From contig NC_045138.2 in assembly GCF_008831285.2 (NCBI RefSeq), positions 24,242,001 through 24,306,000 of the forward strand: a stretch of 64,000 nt of DNA. The letters run 5' to 3'. A program made the translations under genes and the position numbers. The notes beneath the pieces are model-generated. The model had not been told where the DNA came from, searched no databases, and worked only from the letters and a program-made list of their open reading frames with translations. How positions within the stretch are numbered: position 1 is the first letter of the stretch; the number at the start of each line of letters is the position of its first letter. Below, in pieces: positions 26,092-40,242 of this stretch. The DNA comes from Nymphaea colorata. Taxonomy: Eukaryota.

Positions 26092-28878
26092 CTTGCCCCC
26101 AAGCCAGGTACCAAACTCAAGGCAACGAAAAGTAATGGCATTTGTCCCATCTAAAACATACGAAAATAATATTTCATTAAGTACTGTTATTGTTAAAACC
26201 ATCTGTCGAGTGCCAGTTTGGTTTAGCGCGTAAACTTTCAATTTTACCTTTTAATACCGAACACAAAAAGCAAATGAGAGAAAATGTGAATTTAAATAAT
26301 GCGAAAACCAAATGGAACCCCTACTCCTATCATAATATGAGAACGAAAAGGATACTGAGTAAATTCTAACCTCTAAATCAAGTCGGTCATTTTGTGCAGT
26401 GAGTTCCATAAAACTTGATGGTCAGGTTCGCCGTCGATTACAGAAAAAGAAAAGAAACTTAAAAAAAAAAAGATATAAAAATAAAATAAAAGAATAACAT
26501 GAACAGTTTATTTATTGCTACAGACTTTCATTTATTGCATTAAGTGATGCATTCCACTTAAAGCATGCCCACGAGAGGCAGGAGCCTTGTTGGTGGTATT
26601 TATGATGCTTGCGGCGCTATCGTACTATTAATTTATTTGGCAGATGAAAATGCCGCTGACTATTTTAATTGCTTGCTTCTTGAAGTATGGATAAAATATT
26701 GTGAGGTATATTTATGTTTTTAAAAAAAAGTCATCATGTACAAGTTGAAGCATATTAAAATTAAAAATAGATTATATATTTTAAAAAGTCATTTAGTAAT
26801 AGTAATACATTGTACATATCAAATATCTTTGCTTTAAAAATTGGAGCAGATTTATTGATATAATGTTAAATTGTCCTATGAATCTGTTTTAACTTTTTAA
26901 ACAAATTAATAACATGTTACAGTTGTCAAATGGTTTTTAGGATACAATCAAATGGATACATGTATATCTGGAAGCTTTTTCTTATGATTAATGAACTTGG
27001 AAATCTTAAAATACCATGAAAAAGAGAAATGTGCTTATAGTTTCGCCATTATCATATCTAAAGGTGAGCTGTTGATTATAACGATGATGATGGCGAAGGT
27101 GATCATAAACAAATAACGGGAGAAGGCACAGGATAGGACAAAGTGAGTGAAAGTGCAATCGTGAGAAAAACGGAAAAGGTTTGTTTCCAATTCCCACCAA
27201 AAAATTTCCTCTAATTCATTTGTCCACCGGAATTTTTCTGTTTTGACAAAACAAACACATCGTTTTAAACGTCAAGATGCGAATACCAGTGCTATGAATT
27301 CGCTACAACTTATCTGCCAAACGAACAAGTTGCCTAAATGTTGTTTGACATCTTAGGTTATTCCTGGCTTTTATTCCCTAGAATAATTCACATTAAAATA
27401 CATTCGAACCTCGGTTTAATACTTTTGAAATCTTAGAGTTTCTGCTTACCATTTATATGGGTCAACAAGCGATCTACCTGCTGCTAGGCTTTGGATTTCT
27501 TGCTGTTGCTGCATAGAAAAAGATGACAATTTGTCACATTTTTAATATAATTGCAGATACATGTGGAGCTAATTTTCGACAATGTTGCCCTTGATTCATT
27601 TTACGCTGAAGAATAAGGGAAGACCTTGCAAGGTGGCTCAAGAGATTGATATCCGTGCTTTTGCAGCAGAGCCAGATAGGAATTGCCGTCCTTTTCAGAG
27701 GATATGGAAGCAGAGTACTTGAAAAGCTGCGCATGCGTACAAGAACAAGCTACTACCAATCGTCTGCCAAACTCGTTCTCTCTCAATCTCAGCAGGCGCG
27801 TGATGAGGATGTTATTATCGTCATCCTTCTTCTACCTATGTTCGATTGCGGCGAATTGTATTGAAGTCATCTGTCTTTGTTCCTCTTTTCAGTTGTTTGG
27901 TTGAGAATTGGAGGTAACTGCTAAGATTTCAGGAAGTTCCTCCATTTGAAATGAGATGGAGGAGAACCTGAACTTCAGAACAACACTGAGGTCTAATGCT
28001 TGCTCAGTTATAGCAATCTTATACTTTCACTCGTGGATTCGAAGCTGGCTGCCGAGCTACAACCAGGAAGCACCGGAGAAAGCAAACTCTGCTGCTTTCA
28101 TTAAGTAGCGTTTCTCTTGAGGATTACATATGGTATTCCGCAAGAAAAGAAAGGAGTCGTTCACAATATTTCACTTGAATGGCGATTTCCTTTTTCTTCA
28201 ATGGAAAGATAATTCTATTTAGATCTCTGAATGTGTTCCTTGATCTTAAAAAGTAGGCCTACTTTTGACTTGCATGAGAAACCATGTGCATAAGAATCAA
28301 ACTATAGTTGCCCGTGTAAGAGCCACACCTGCCATACTATACCAACTCTTAGTATTTGTTTGGGGAGTCTGTTTCTGTTCAAGAACAAGAAAGATGAGAA
28401 GATTCATTTAAGAAGTAGAAACAGAGTTTTGTGCAGGCATCTTAATTAAGATGATTGCGAAGGTGGGGAAAGAAACGCAGCATGACTTTTATATATGAAA
28501 AGGTGGAGTAAATGCGTCCGAATGACATGCGCCAAGTGCGACCAGGTCACGGCGGTAGGCCTTTCTGCAGGCCTAATATGCCAAATGGCTGTACAAGTAT
28601 GGCCACTCGAGTGGGAGTTTTTGGAAGAAGGAAATTAAAAAAAAGAAGAAAAGCCCAATTCACCACACCCCCTTCCCTTTAGTCCCTTACCACGTTTCTC
28701 TCACCCCATTTTCACGCCAAGGACTGGGGTAACGTGTCTCTCATATTCTTCCCTCTCCCCACCTCCTTCGCTCTGCATGATCAATCGAAACCCATAGAGC
28801 CACCATCTCCTTTACCGTTTTAGTCTTGTTGGTATCTGTTATTTCCGTGATTTCTCTCGTTTTTTGGCTTGAGGAGGC

Positions 28879-31800
28879 ATGGAGACTGGTGGCGATGGCA
28901 ATGGCGAAGTTGGTTTGTTCTGGGATGAGGATTTGAGTGGGATAAGCGGGTTGAAGAGGGGTGGAGATTTCGTCGAGGTCATGTGTGGGTGCACTTGTCC
29001 GAAATATGGGGACGCTATTGGGAGGCTGAGGATCTTAGCTCATGGGGATCTTGAGGTTAGCTGCGAGTGCACGCCGGGATGCCAAGAGAGTAAGATGGAT
29101 CTGATCCTTGTGTTTCGTCCTTTTTCTCTTTGATTGTTGGCGCTACTTTTCTGGAGTTGGTCCTGGGGTCTCTCTTTATGGATCGTAAGGAGCGGCATGC
29201 GCTTTTTGGTTGGTCGGTGTTGGGTTTGATGGTTGTTGTGCTTTGATCATAGTGCATGGTCGTCCTGGTAATCTTTGGTGGTTTATATTGGTCGTAGCTT
29301 TTTGTTTCTTGAAAGGTTACGATGATCGATGTGTATTTTTGTTTGTGGCTTTATTCCTTTCCGTTTTTACAACCTTGGGCGTGTAATTTGACCCAAAAAG
29401 TGGTTTCATCTTCGTAGTGGAATTTGCTGATTCATTCAATGTAACGATGGAGTTTGGTGTGTCGTTGCTTGAGGTTTGTTTCTTTTGTTCGGTGGTCTAC
29501 TAAACGAGAGAAGGCTGGTAACCATTGACTACCTTCTCTTTTGCGCCGATGAAAATGCAGCGTTATGATGAACCTGCATGCAAAGTCTGACCTAGATATG
29601 GCTTGGTGTTGTCTGTGAGGGAGTGTCAAAGAAATTGGCTAAAAAGTATCGCTGGATGAAGACGAATCGTTCCACTCCATAAGCTGTGTCGTTGTTTTAG
29701 AACAGCATTTTTCCAGTTCCTTTTTGTTGTTGTTACTTGTGTTTTCTGTACAGCATCGGAAGCATGCTGCAGGGTGGTCGGTTTTCACTACCGAAATCGT
29801 TATCAATTGTTAAAGTTAAATAACTGATCCCTTGCCCTCTCCTTTACTCCTTTTATGTAAAATGTTCCAGAAAATTGGCAAACAAAGAACGGGCAAGGCA
29901 TTAACCGTGCTTTGTATGAGGAGGTATGCTTCATGCCAGATTATTACCTGGGATTTACGCCTAAACTTTCTGTGTTCCACTTCTGAATCTCTAATTGCCT
30001 TCAAGCTCCAGACTCTTCTCCACAAATTGTTGTTTGCACCAGACGCTGCTCATTTAACATGTCTGCTAATTATTATTGTAGAGCTTATGTCATCCAGAGA
30101 ACAGTTAGTTGTGTGCCTAGCCATTCATGTTGAACGATGATGGGATGAAAACAGAATGCATCACTTGTCTTGGAACAAAAGGAGATCACGAAACTGTTTG
30201 CACCTTTATACCCTGGATTCATCAGTTACTGCAAACTGCAAACATGATGTTAGCTACATAGTTGGATAAAAACAGATGAGGTGCTGTTCCCTATTAATGA
30301 TTAGCTCACATTGCTATCCAACTCAAGTAAATAGCCCACACAAAATGACTCGAGGTGCGCATTATGTATTTGGTTCGAGAAAGTAGCAAAGCTCTTATTT
30401 AAATTTGGAAAAAATTAAGGAAATCATGCCAGATCAGTTGCTGAACTTAGAGTATCTCCACTCCAGTTTCCTGGTTGAGTATTGCAGGTACCATAAAGTG
30501 CTTTTCTTCACACATTTGTGGTGCTTGTCCAAGTGACTTTTTTGGAGGATAGAAGAATTCAATTTACTCTGTTAAGGAGCCCATCTTCCCTCTAGTATTT
30601 GCAAGGTTCAATGGTTTACTTTTCTTTAAATGCCTATTTTTTTTTCAATGTGGCCTTCCTTATATATTTAGATAGCTGGGAACATCACAGATGCATACAC
30701 ATCACCTCCTTTCTGCTATGATTGTCGTCAGCCTTCCATGCCATGGCTTTCTGAGTTCCATTCATCATCCGACCACGACCTAGTGACATCAGATTGAGTT
30801 AATCTGGACACACCTGATTCTGAGGAGTGTGGAGAAAGGAGAGCATTCGAGTCTGTATGTAACTGAAAATCAGGTTAACATGATGTATTGGTCAACTTTA
30901 CGAAGTTCTAGCTTTAATATTTTGTGAAAGGTATGTGATAAGTACTCCCCTTAATCTTCCAGTTGCTAAAGGCATCAGAAAATGAACTATTTCTAACACT
31001 TTGTTAAGATTTCCAAAATTTATGGGTCTTCCATGTGCAACAGAAAATTCTAGGCCCTGATTGAGATTCAGTGATCCTTGTTGAACATGTAAACATGTAT
31101 ATATATACATGTTCAAGGAGGAGCACTGAGTTATTCATGGGTATTTCTTGGCTATCTTATAAATGTCCTTTTTCTTGTGATACATGTCAAAGTTGACATC
31201 TCTGCATTTCAAATTGTGAGCAAGAATCTCAAAGGAATGCAAAACATTTTGGCTGTGATAAAATTTCAATTTGATGAGTTTGCCTCCTGAAATATTAGAG
31301 CAGATACACTTTGTCTAGAATGTTTTGTTGCAAGGTTTGTTATTGTGTTTCTTTTTTTGTCTGTTGCCAAGTGATGAAAAACTATCATCCACCACTTAAA
31401 ATCAAAGTTTATCCCATGTGGACGAGTAGTTATGCAATGCCAAATACCGTATATTTTCATGTTCCATTGAAGTGCATTCTCCATTGAAGTAAAATCATAG
31501 TTGGATTGGTTCCAGGTAAACTCAGCCCAGCAGCTTTTGAAAAACATGCTCGGAGGGAGGCTTCCAGGAAATGGAAAAATAATGTTTGGGTCATGGTTAG
31601 GGGAGAGAAGGTGCCATTGTCAAAGACAGTGTTGCTAAAGTACTACAACAAATACAATGCCAATGGGGCTCACAGATCCCATACTGGACGGCTTTGTCAT
31701 CGTGATGAATTTATCCGATGTACCAGCTGCAAAAAGGAGCGCAGATTCCGACTCAGGAACAAAGAGGAATGCCGTGTTTACCATGATGCTTTAAAAGATC

Positions 31801-32639
31801 TCAACTGGAAATGCTCAGATATGGCCTATGACAGGTAATGGAATTTTTCTGGAATATTTAATAAATTTATGAAAAATGCTTGGAGAATACATTTTGATTG
31901 AGTCATACTATAATTTATAAGCAATGGAGATGAAGTTTGTCACTTGTGGCACAGAAGATTTTTGCTTTTTACTAGACTTAGGAGAATTTTTTTATGTTTT
32001 CAGCAAACAAACTTGTGCAATGGCTATCATTAGCTATGTCCTCCATGTTGGTTGAAATTCAACTACTTTGGCCCCACAGTCTGTATGCAAGCACAACATA
32101 TGCATTCCTGCTTCTTTTCTGATTCTCACGCTTGGCATGATCTTGGTCCCTATGTTGAGCTAATAAGAAAAAACTTTGTGCACTACTACGGACCTCTACC
32201 TTGAACCTAATTTCCACAACACACAAATGTCTATGCATGTCAGTAGATGCTAATTTGAGGCACTAGACTCAACTGTCAGATTTCTGTTTGACACAGATAT
32301 TCTTCCAAGAAACAACTTTAACGTTTTTATTTCTCTTCCTAACATGGGGCCCACATGATATCAATCTTGTAGAATTTATATATTTTTTCTTCTTTCTTCA
32401 GATCTTGTATATAGAGAATATATGTTTTTGTTTTCTATTTCTTCTTTAGATCTCTAGTGTCTAGAATTTTTAGTACTGGAAACTGGTGACTTTTGGCTGC
32501 TGAATCCTGGTTTATACCCACTTGCTGAGCATATAGACAACAAAATATGCTCCCAAGCGAGTTTGACATGTTACAGTAGCAGGTCGTTTTCAGAAGAATG
32601 AAGAATATGCAAGTAAAATATCTCTCACTCTCTCTCTCT

Positions 32640-32683
<44 letters not shown>

Positions 32684-33822
32684 AGAGAGAGAGAGAGAGA
32701 TTTGAGTGAAACGTGTGTAGGAGTAAAAAGTTGACATTAGGCAATTAACAAATCCAACCTTGCAATTCAGCTTGGAAATGAACCATCCTTTTGTTACTTT
32801 AACCATAGTTAGCAACTTTGCATCTTGCGATGGTTATATTGTCTGTGATATGCAATGGAGATTATATTACAACTATCATCGTATCATATTCACTTTCCTT
32901 TTTCTAAGGGTATTTGTGTGATTATATTAAAAAGAAACAGTTAATCGATAATTTCAATCCCAAGGACAGTTTAAGAGTTTATCATTGGTAAGATAGGTAT
33001 GACACATCAACTGCGTAGAAGTAGACACATCAACTGCGTAGAAGTAGATGTGGATGTGGAAGAACTGAAAAGGATCAAATGTCCATGCGACAGCAAGATA
33101 TACATGCTAATACAGGAAGGTAAAGCATGCTATATGCCCTACAAATGGAGAAACATGCATGGGCACAAGTCAACATTCTCATTCCTCATGGATCATAGCA
33201 ATTTTAGCATCGCTTCATTCATCTCTACCTCTTAAGTCCTTTTCTGCCCTCTTAATAGGTTGTAGCCATTCCATGAACAAGTTGTGATTAATGGTAACGG
33301 TACTTTTATTCTGTACAATCTGATTTTATTTTTTTCTTCCACCCTCTGTATTTTATTAGGATTGCAGCTTCTAGTAGGTTGATTAGACTAAAATCCATGC
33401 TTAGGTTCTTTATGCTAGGACTGAGGCCCTTGAATACCCATTTTAACAACTCTCTTCACGGAATGAATGAATATCTACTTATCAATTCTGAAATGGACTC
33501 TCTTTCTTTTGCATAAATTACTGGCTAAGGGGGGAAATGGAGCACACTTGAATGGACACTAATATATGCATGACACCTGCACAATACACATCATTTCTCC
33601 TAGAAATTGGATTGTAAAATGATAAAGGTGAATTTTGTGGTGAACAGAATCAGCTGTGATCATGATGAAGAACGTGCAAGCCGAAAAGTGTACAGGGGAT
33701 GCTATCGCTCCCCAACCTGTAGAGGTTGCACATCTTGCGTCTGTTTTGGGTGTGAAATCTGTCGATTCTCTGAATGCAGCTGCCAGACCTGCGTTGATTT
33801 CACATTGAATGCAAAGGCTTGA
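28879..33822 (+). CDS. ULT1: ULTRAPETALA-family SAND-domain trxG protein (~234 aa; exons 28879-29089, 31516-31834, 33648-33822)
   Basis: VEVMCGCTCPKYGDAIGRL..CECTPGC, SAND motif SPAAFEKH..KWKNNVWV, HRDEFIRCTSCKKERRF and the Cys-rich C-terminus GCTSCVCFGCEICRFSECSCQTCVDF. Exon lengths sum to 705 nt in frame. Confidence 0.93.
32622..32700. repeat. Compound microsatellite (CT)n(AT)n(GA)n in ULT intron 2
   Basis: Directly visible. The CT and GA arms are mutually complementary. Confidence 0.9.
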
Positions 33823-36800
33823 TTTCCTGATTATTTTGGTACTTGTCTATGTGACTCTGCTTCCGCATCGCTTCCTTATTTATCTACATCATAGGTTCAC
33901 ATTCACTTGGGTCAATCCAAGTTGGTTACAAGATCATTTTTCAGGGTGTCAGTTTACAGATAAAACTGTAAATCTGGGTCAATTCATCTTGATTAAATGT
34001 TGAACTGTTCAAATTGTAGCTGATGCTATTCCATTATACTTCATTAATATTCTTTTGCATGACGCCGGTTCAAAAGACGTTTGGTATTTTTTTCTGGGTG
34101 ATGTGTAAACACATTTACACCAGAACATTTGGCACCCTTGGATGAAAAATATGAAATCCAAGAAACAAAATTTTCAAGGTATGTAACAACACCCAGCACA
34201 AATGATGAGCTGCCAAGCCTGCCCATAAAGCTTAGTATCTTTGGTAGATCAGGCCTATATAGTTATACTCAAATAGCAGAAAGTTTCAGGTGCTATATTC
34301 TGTGGCGTCGTGAGGAACCATGCATCATATCCAATGGGACCTTTCATCTTGGTCGGTGACAATGAATAGGGAAGCAAATACAAATAGTATCACCCATCAC
34401 CCCCAGCAGTTTGGTGCTTGATGACTGTTGCCATCATAGAGATGGGACCTGATATTCTTCATTATTTTTGTGACACGGATGGACGGACCTACCGAAATTT
34501 ATGCTTGACGTGTTGCACACTGTTGAACTCGAAGACAAAATGTTTTTGCTGGTCTTTGTACTAGTAGTCTTTTGCCCCATCTGTGATCCTGTCTTAAGAT
34601 GGTCTGGATAAATACTTGCGTGGATGTGCATCAATTGGTTGCTTTGATGATAAAGGTCGTGATACTGTCCTCTCAAGGGGCCCGTGTGATGGGATTTTCC
34701 TTTCAACTTTTACTTTTTTGTCGTGGTGTTCGTGCATTGTTTTTTTTAGTTAGTAAACCAACCTTGAGGACGGCTTTGTTCTACTAGTAGTTCGAAAACT
34801 TATTTTAGATTAGAGGCATGCTAGGAAAAGTGTCGATCGAAGTCTTTATTCTCATAAAGATAGTATATGGCAATTAGTCATTGTTTCCATTAGAAGAAGC
34901 AAATGTAATCTGATGTACTCCAGACGTGATGTAATATGCATGAAATAAAATTGTGGTATTTGTAAAACATCATTTTTTTTAACTATTACAAAATATCATG
35001 TTATTAAAACGTCATTTACATATCTCTCTGTTTTCATATTTCTATCGTCTGTACTTCAACATGTTTTCTTGTATATCTAAAATTTAAATGTTCAGTATTT
35101 TCACGAAGACTCTTTGCATGATAAAGTTCGGAATATCTTGAGACTTTCCTTGTTCAAGGAAATTAGGAGTCAGAACTTATTACAGTAATACTATTTTATC
35201 CGTTATGAATGAAATCATAGAAAACTGTAGTTTAGTTACAGAACTCGTCGTTAGCTGCATGACCCATTTAGTGATGTATCAAATTGACGTTCAGGGACAA
35301 GCCACTAGAGTGCCCTGAAGGGGGCCTTTGATAGGGTGAGAAAAAAAACAGTTCCACTATACAGCTGGTTAAACGTTTCCTTTTTTCGGCGACAAAAGAA
35401 CAAGAAAAGCCGAACAGTATTTTGTAAAAGTGAAAAACTTTCGAGCAAGTATCTTTGTGGCAGTATGTACGGTGGAATTATGCTTCTACATGAAATTTCT
35501 TTCCTCCCATTGACATGCCCTAATTGCCAGTAGTTCGTATATGTTGGCCTGCCCCTGTTTAGGGCCCTCTGTTTGCAAGAAAAGGAATTCATGGAAAGGC
35601 TTTCCCGGAACTTTTCTACCAAAGCGCTTCGGTGAAAAATGGGTTTGCAAAAGGATGAAATTTTTTCTTTAATTTATTTTCGTTTTTAGGCATGACTTTG
35701 AGTGAATAGAAATTTCAAAAAAAAAAAAAAAAGGAAACTTAATCTCTCTGTCTCTCTTTCTGCATCCATTCCCATGAGTGCTCTGAGAGCTGGGCTGAGA
35801 GGTCCATCTCATCTCTCTCTAACTCTCTCTCTCTCTCTTTCTCTCTTATTGGCTTGCCTGATTTTCATGAGGGTTGGTAAGCAACAATGTTAATGACACG
35901 GAAATTTAGAACAAAAACACTTGCTGCATTATATTGCTTCATTTCCTGGAGTCTGAACAGTCATTTATTGCCTTCCAGTACAATTTGAATCACTTATTTG
36001 GTTGTACAAGAAATCCAACTTGGAACAAGTTCATTTTTACGTCACGTACAACCACACGTTACCTCCAGCGAGGCGCTGCCATTAATCAGGAGCCGCCAAG
36101 CTCTTCTTGATCTTTGTTGAATATCCGATCCAGAGACCTAAGTTTTTGAACCTTGGTGGATACATCCTCCGGCTTCTGTTTTCAAAAGGCAACTGAGTCG
36201 CAATGCTGGTGGTGAATCATATAGACGTGGGCGGCCAATGGGTTTGGGCCGTTTCTCTCTGGCTTTCATTGTAGACAAAGTGTCCCGGCGTATTACAGAG
36301 AGCGTCCGTTCTGCTGCCTCCTTCCATTTTCTTCCTATAGGCGTGTAGAACAGTAGGATAATGGCAACTAACAAGAAGTAGGCACAGAGCAGGAGAAAAT
36401 TGAAGAAACTCATACCTTTTCGAAAAATTGTTTTAGGATTTCAGATTTTCGACTGCATCACCACCTTCGCAGAGAAGAGAAGCGGTAGTAGGTGAAAGAA
36501 AGGCGGTGAGGAATGAGGTGCCTCCATTGCTTTCCCTGATTTTTTTTCGAAACAAAATTGCGGAGACCATTCGCAGAGTTTTCTCTGATTTCTTTTCGAA
36601 ATAAAGTTGTGGGGAACATCGGCTACATCTTTTGGATGTGGACCAACAAAAAAAAATTAAGAAGCCTTTTTTTGTGTAATTACTGCTTGAAAGAATTTCT
36701 AAACTTTCACTACCCTGAGGGAAGACACGACTTTCTTCACTCGTTTTTGAGGTGAAAGCGCAACTCTCCAAAGGAGTACAGTTGACATTCTGTAAGGCTA

Positions 36801-38045
36801 TGGCTTGTCATTGTAATAAAAATTGGAAGACAATTGAAGTTTGGACTTTGGAATATTCATACTCCCGCAGTGATGGAAAATGTGTATATAACATGAACTG
36901 GACATTACTTAGTTCATGCACATCTTATATAAACTCTGCCACCAATTCATTTCGTTTTTAAGGCGAGCAGACGGCTACCATCTGCCAAACCTGACCAAGA
37001 TAGATCGGACATCTAACCCTACATTCGGTATCATCCAACCAGTCAAAGCACAGGTGACCAGATCTACCCAAAAGGTGCTACTGATGCTCATAATGGCGAA
37101 TATCCATCACCAACATTACCAATGGAGATTTTGATCCTTAATCTTAAGAATGCTAGTTTGCAGATTATACAATCTGCTTGCCCCATAGAGGCCTGATGGT
37201 GGAAGTTCTTAATTTTATCTGCCTCTCAGAGAAAAGGGCCTCCCAAATCTCGAACCTATGATCTTCCACAGGGGCCTTTCACTTTTAGCTCTTGTGGCCG
37301 TCTCCATGCTACTGGAAATGGGAAATTGCACGAGGAACGTGTATTTTAGTTTCTTTTGGACACATCCATGTGACATATCTTCACAGCTCAAGCATTTTAC
37401 TGTAGCAAGAGTCGTCAATTTAGTATTTTACTGTAAATTGCTTTAGAAACGTATCCTAGCATTTGATTTCACCGTAAACTCCCCTCTCTAAACTTTCAGA
37501 GATTAGATTTTCGTAAGGTGAACTTGGCACCACCTGGACCTAAGACTGCAATTTAGCAGGGAACAACAGCTATTCACTACTGTCAAGAGGATAAATGGTA
37601 AAAGAAACTGAATTCTCGTTAAACTTAACAAATTCTGCCAAGTCCATTATAAAAAATTAGTCTTGAAGCTATTGACAGAGATTAGACCATATGTGGACAT
37701 TATGTTAGCTTTCACGGATTTTTACGCTAGTCCTTCCATTAGCATATTCGCAAAATCGTTAATGTTGCGTTTTGCAACTTTTCAAAAATCATCATTCTTT
37801 TTTCAATGTAGGGACGGTCCCCAGAGTCAGAAATCTATATAAAACCATCCAAAGAACTGATGTTATCATTAACCGGCACTAGTACTTGGAAGATAAAATG
37901 GCATCGTTTCCTATCTATGGGTTACCAACTCTCTCTCTCTCTAACAAATAGGCACACACACACCGTTTAAAGTCCACCTGTCTACAAAAATCCAAATCAC
38001 TAAAAGGCAAAAGCATAAAGAAAAGAAAGAGGGATTTGAACCAAC

Positions 38046-38176
38046 CAGGATGGAATTAGGCTTTCCAATTGCCCAGAGATTGACCTTGTGATCCTCTCCG
38101 CCGGTGACGACGACCCTCGAATATTTCTTCCCGATCTTCAAGCAATTGACGTTGGAGCTACGCGCCACGAATTCTT
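38046..38176 (-). pseudogene. Isolated katanin p80 (WD40) N-terminal exon
   Basis: AG/GT-bounded exon [44 protein letters not shown], matching the KTN80 first WD repeat. No further WD exons were found on this strand. Confidence 0.85.
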
Positions 38177-38884
38177 CTGATATACGAAGAGCCAAGAAAC
38201 AACAACCAATAACAACAAGACATAGCACAGGAGAAATCTGGCAGTTTTTATTTTGCTCAAAAACTTTTGTAGAGACTCGAGTTGCTTAGGAAAATCATCG
38301 ATATTATCGTAAACAATGAATGTGATTTGAACAATTAATATTGAAACCGACATTAAGATGCTGAAGATAGGGTCCAGATACAAGCAATATTTGACTCCAA
38401 ATTAATGGGATCATGGCTTTTATTTAACCACATTAAAGAAAATTTGTATAAGTTTGCCTTGCTGCTGCAATTCTTGAACTATGCGCAGGCTCCACATAAG
38501 TATACCATTACATAAGATTGTCACATTAACCTCATTATAACAACTCGGCCCACTTTCACATGAGCTCAGGCTTCTGGCTTGATGGGTTCCAATCTACCTT
38601 TAGCAGTTTTGTTTTCAGCCCAACAAAAACTTCGAACGAATACAACCAGCTATTATAAGGCTCTTTACATTCTTCACAAAATTAGAAACAACTCTAAACT
38701 TTTCAAAGTGGTTCACCTACTTTAAGTCATATGCTTCAAAATGATGATTTAAACTTAGCGCTAGGGATTTAATTTTATTAAAATGTGTGGCTAACGATGA
38801 CTGCATTTATTTGCAGTTTATGACTTCTTGCTCGTGAACATGATAATGATGTGTTCCATTAGACTGAAAAAAACGTTTCATTTA

Positions 38885-39887
38885 GCGGAGAGCTGGGAGA
38901 GGAGGGAAAGGTCTCCAAGCAATGACACGCTAGGAATGAGTGCTTCCTCTGAATCACCTGAGAGTTCATTTTCTGTTTCGGTAGGTTGATGATCTGTGTT
39001 TCATTGTTGCAGAAATTTTTTGATGGTCTCCCATATCATATCTGCTAGTTTCAAACGTATTTTCTGATGCCTTTTTTGTTTACCAGAAGGATCAGTTTCA
39101 GGCAGCTGACAGTGAAACAACTTCATCTTCTGATGAGGATGATTGTGACAGTGCATTAAAAGATCATGGTATTTTTTAGAGTGAGATGCAATCTCGTCTA
39201 ACAAAGTTGCAGGTACACTGGTGAAAAAGTATTTGTTAGGGATTTAATCTTGATGTTTCTCTGATTAACTTTGTTTCAGCATTCTTGTAGTTGGTATCAG
39301 CGATCAATTTTCTCATGACTAATCAATGCAGTATATTTATTAATTTACTTATTATTTCTTTGTTTCTTGGTAATTCTGTTGTAAGAATTTTAGTTGCCAT
39401 ATAAGGCTTCATAGTCTTGACGATCACTTGTTGAAGAGTATGCTTTCAAGTTTCTGTTGCTGTCCAGTGCTTTAAATCAAGGTTCCAGCATATTCCTCTA
39501 GGATGTCTCGTCACTACTTTTTCTTACATATTGCATTAGTGTTACTTTTCTACAACTTACAATAGTAATTATCTGTTCTGGCTCAATCCTTTTGGCATTT
39601 AATTATGAAGATATATTTGCATGCATCTGATCCTGGGGAAGCATTCTCTCAGGTTGTACGGCGCTTCTGGGATAGGAATGACATAAAAGGAGCAATCTTT
39701 ACCATGGAGAAGATGTCTGATTACTCTGTAGGTATTCTGCTCAAGCTACTATTATGTAGCTGCTAATGGATAGCTTTTTCTCGTGTTGGCTGGATTATGG
39801 TTGGACTTGCAGGTGCATGCAGATGTAATAAGTGTACTAATGGAGAAATTTGATGCAGTTACACTGGACATTTGCGCTTGCATGTTG
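38885..39887 (+). pseudogene. Katanin p80 C-terminal (con80) exons, disabled
   Basis: Exons 39087-39212 (..DHGIF*SEMQSRLTKLQ, stop at 39177), 39653-39727 (VVRRFWDRNDIKGAIFTMEKMSDYS) and 39813-~39887 (VHADVISVLMEKFDAVTLDIC). Confidence 0.85.
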
Positions 39888-40242
39888 GTCACGGTTTAAA
39901 TTGTGGCGTAGCTGTGATTTACGATCATATTAATCAACTATTCAACACATGATAACATTCTATATATACATGCATATTTATTAACTTCTCGGCATACACT
40001 CTCCATCATACCCAGGACAAAGAATAGTGCCCTGTACAAGAGTGACTTGAGTTTGGAGACAATCAAGGTAAGGTGATCCCATGTAGCAGCTTTACCAGCC
40101 TGGCCAGCCAGCTCGAATGGAGGGGTCGCGATAGACATGGGAAAAGGAAAAGTTCACACACAAAATTAGACATTTAATCTAAATAAAGAAGTTGTAAAAC
40201 AAAGATATTGAAAAAGTAGGACATGAGCTAATTTTAGAGTAA

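Noticed and set aside
27600..28100. Possible degraded PPR-like coding relic (NSYLALLQ)
   Set aside because: Insufficient continuous similarity.
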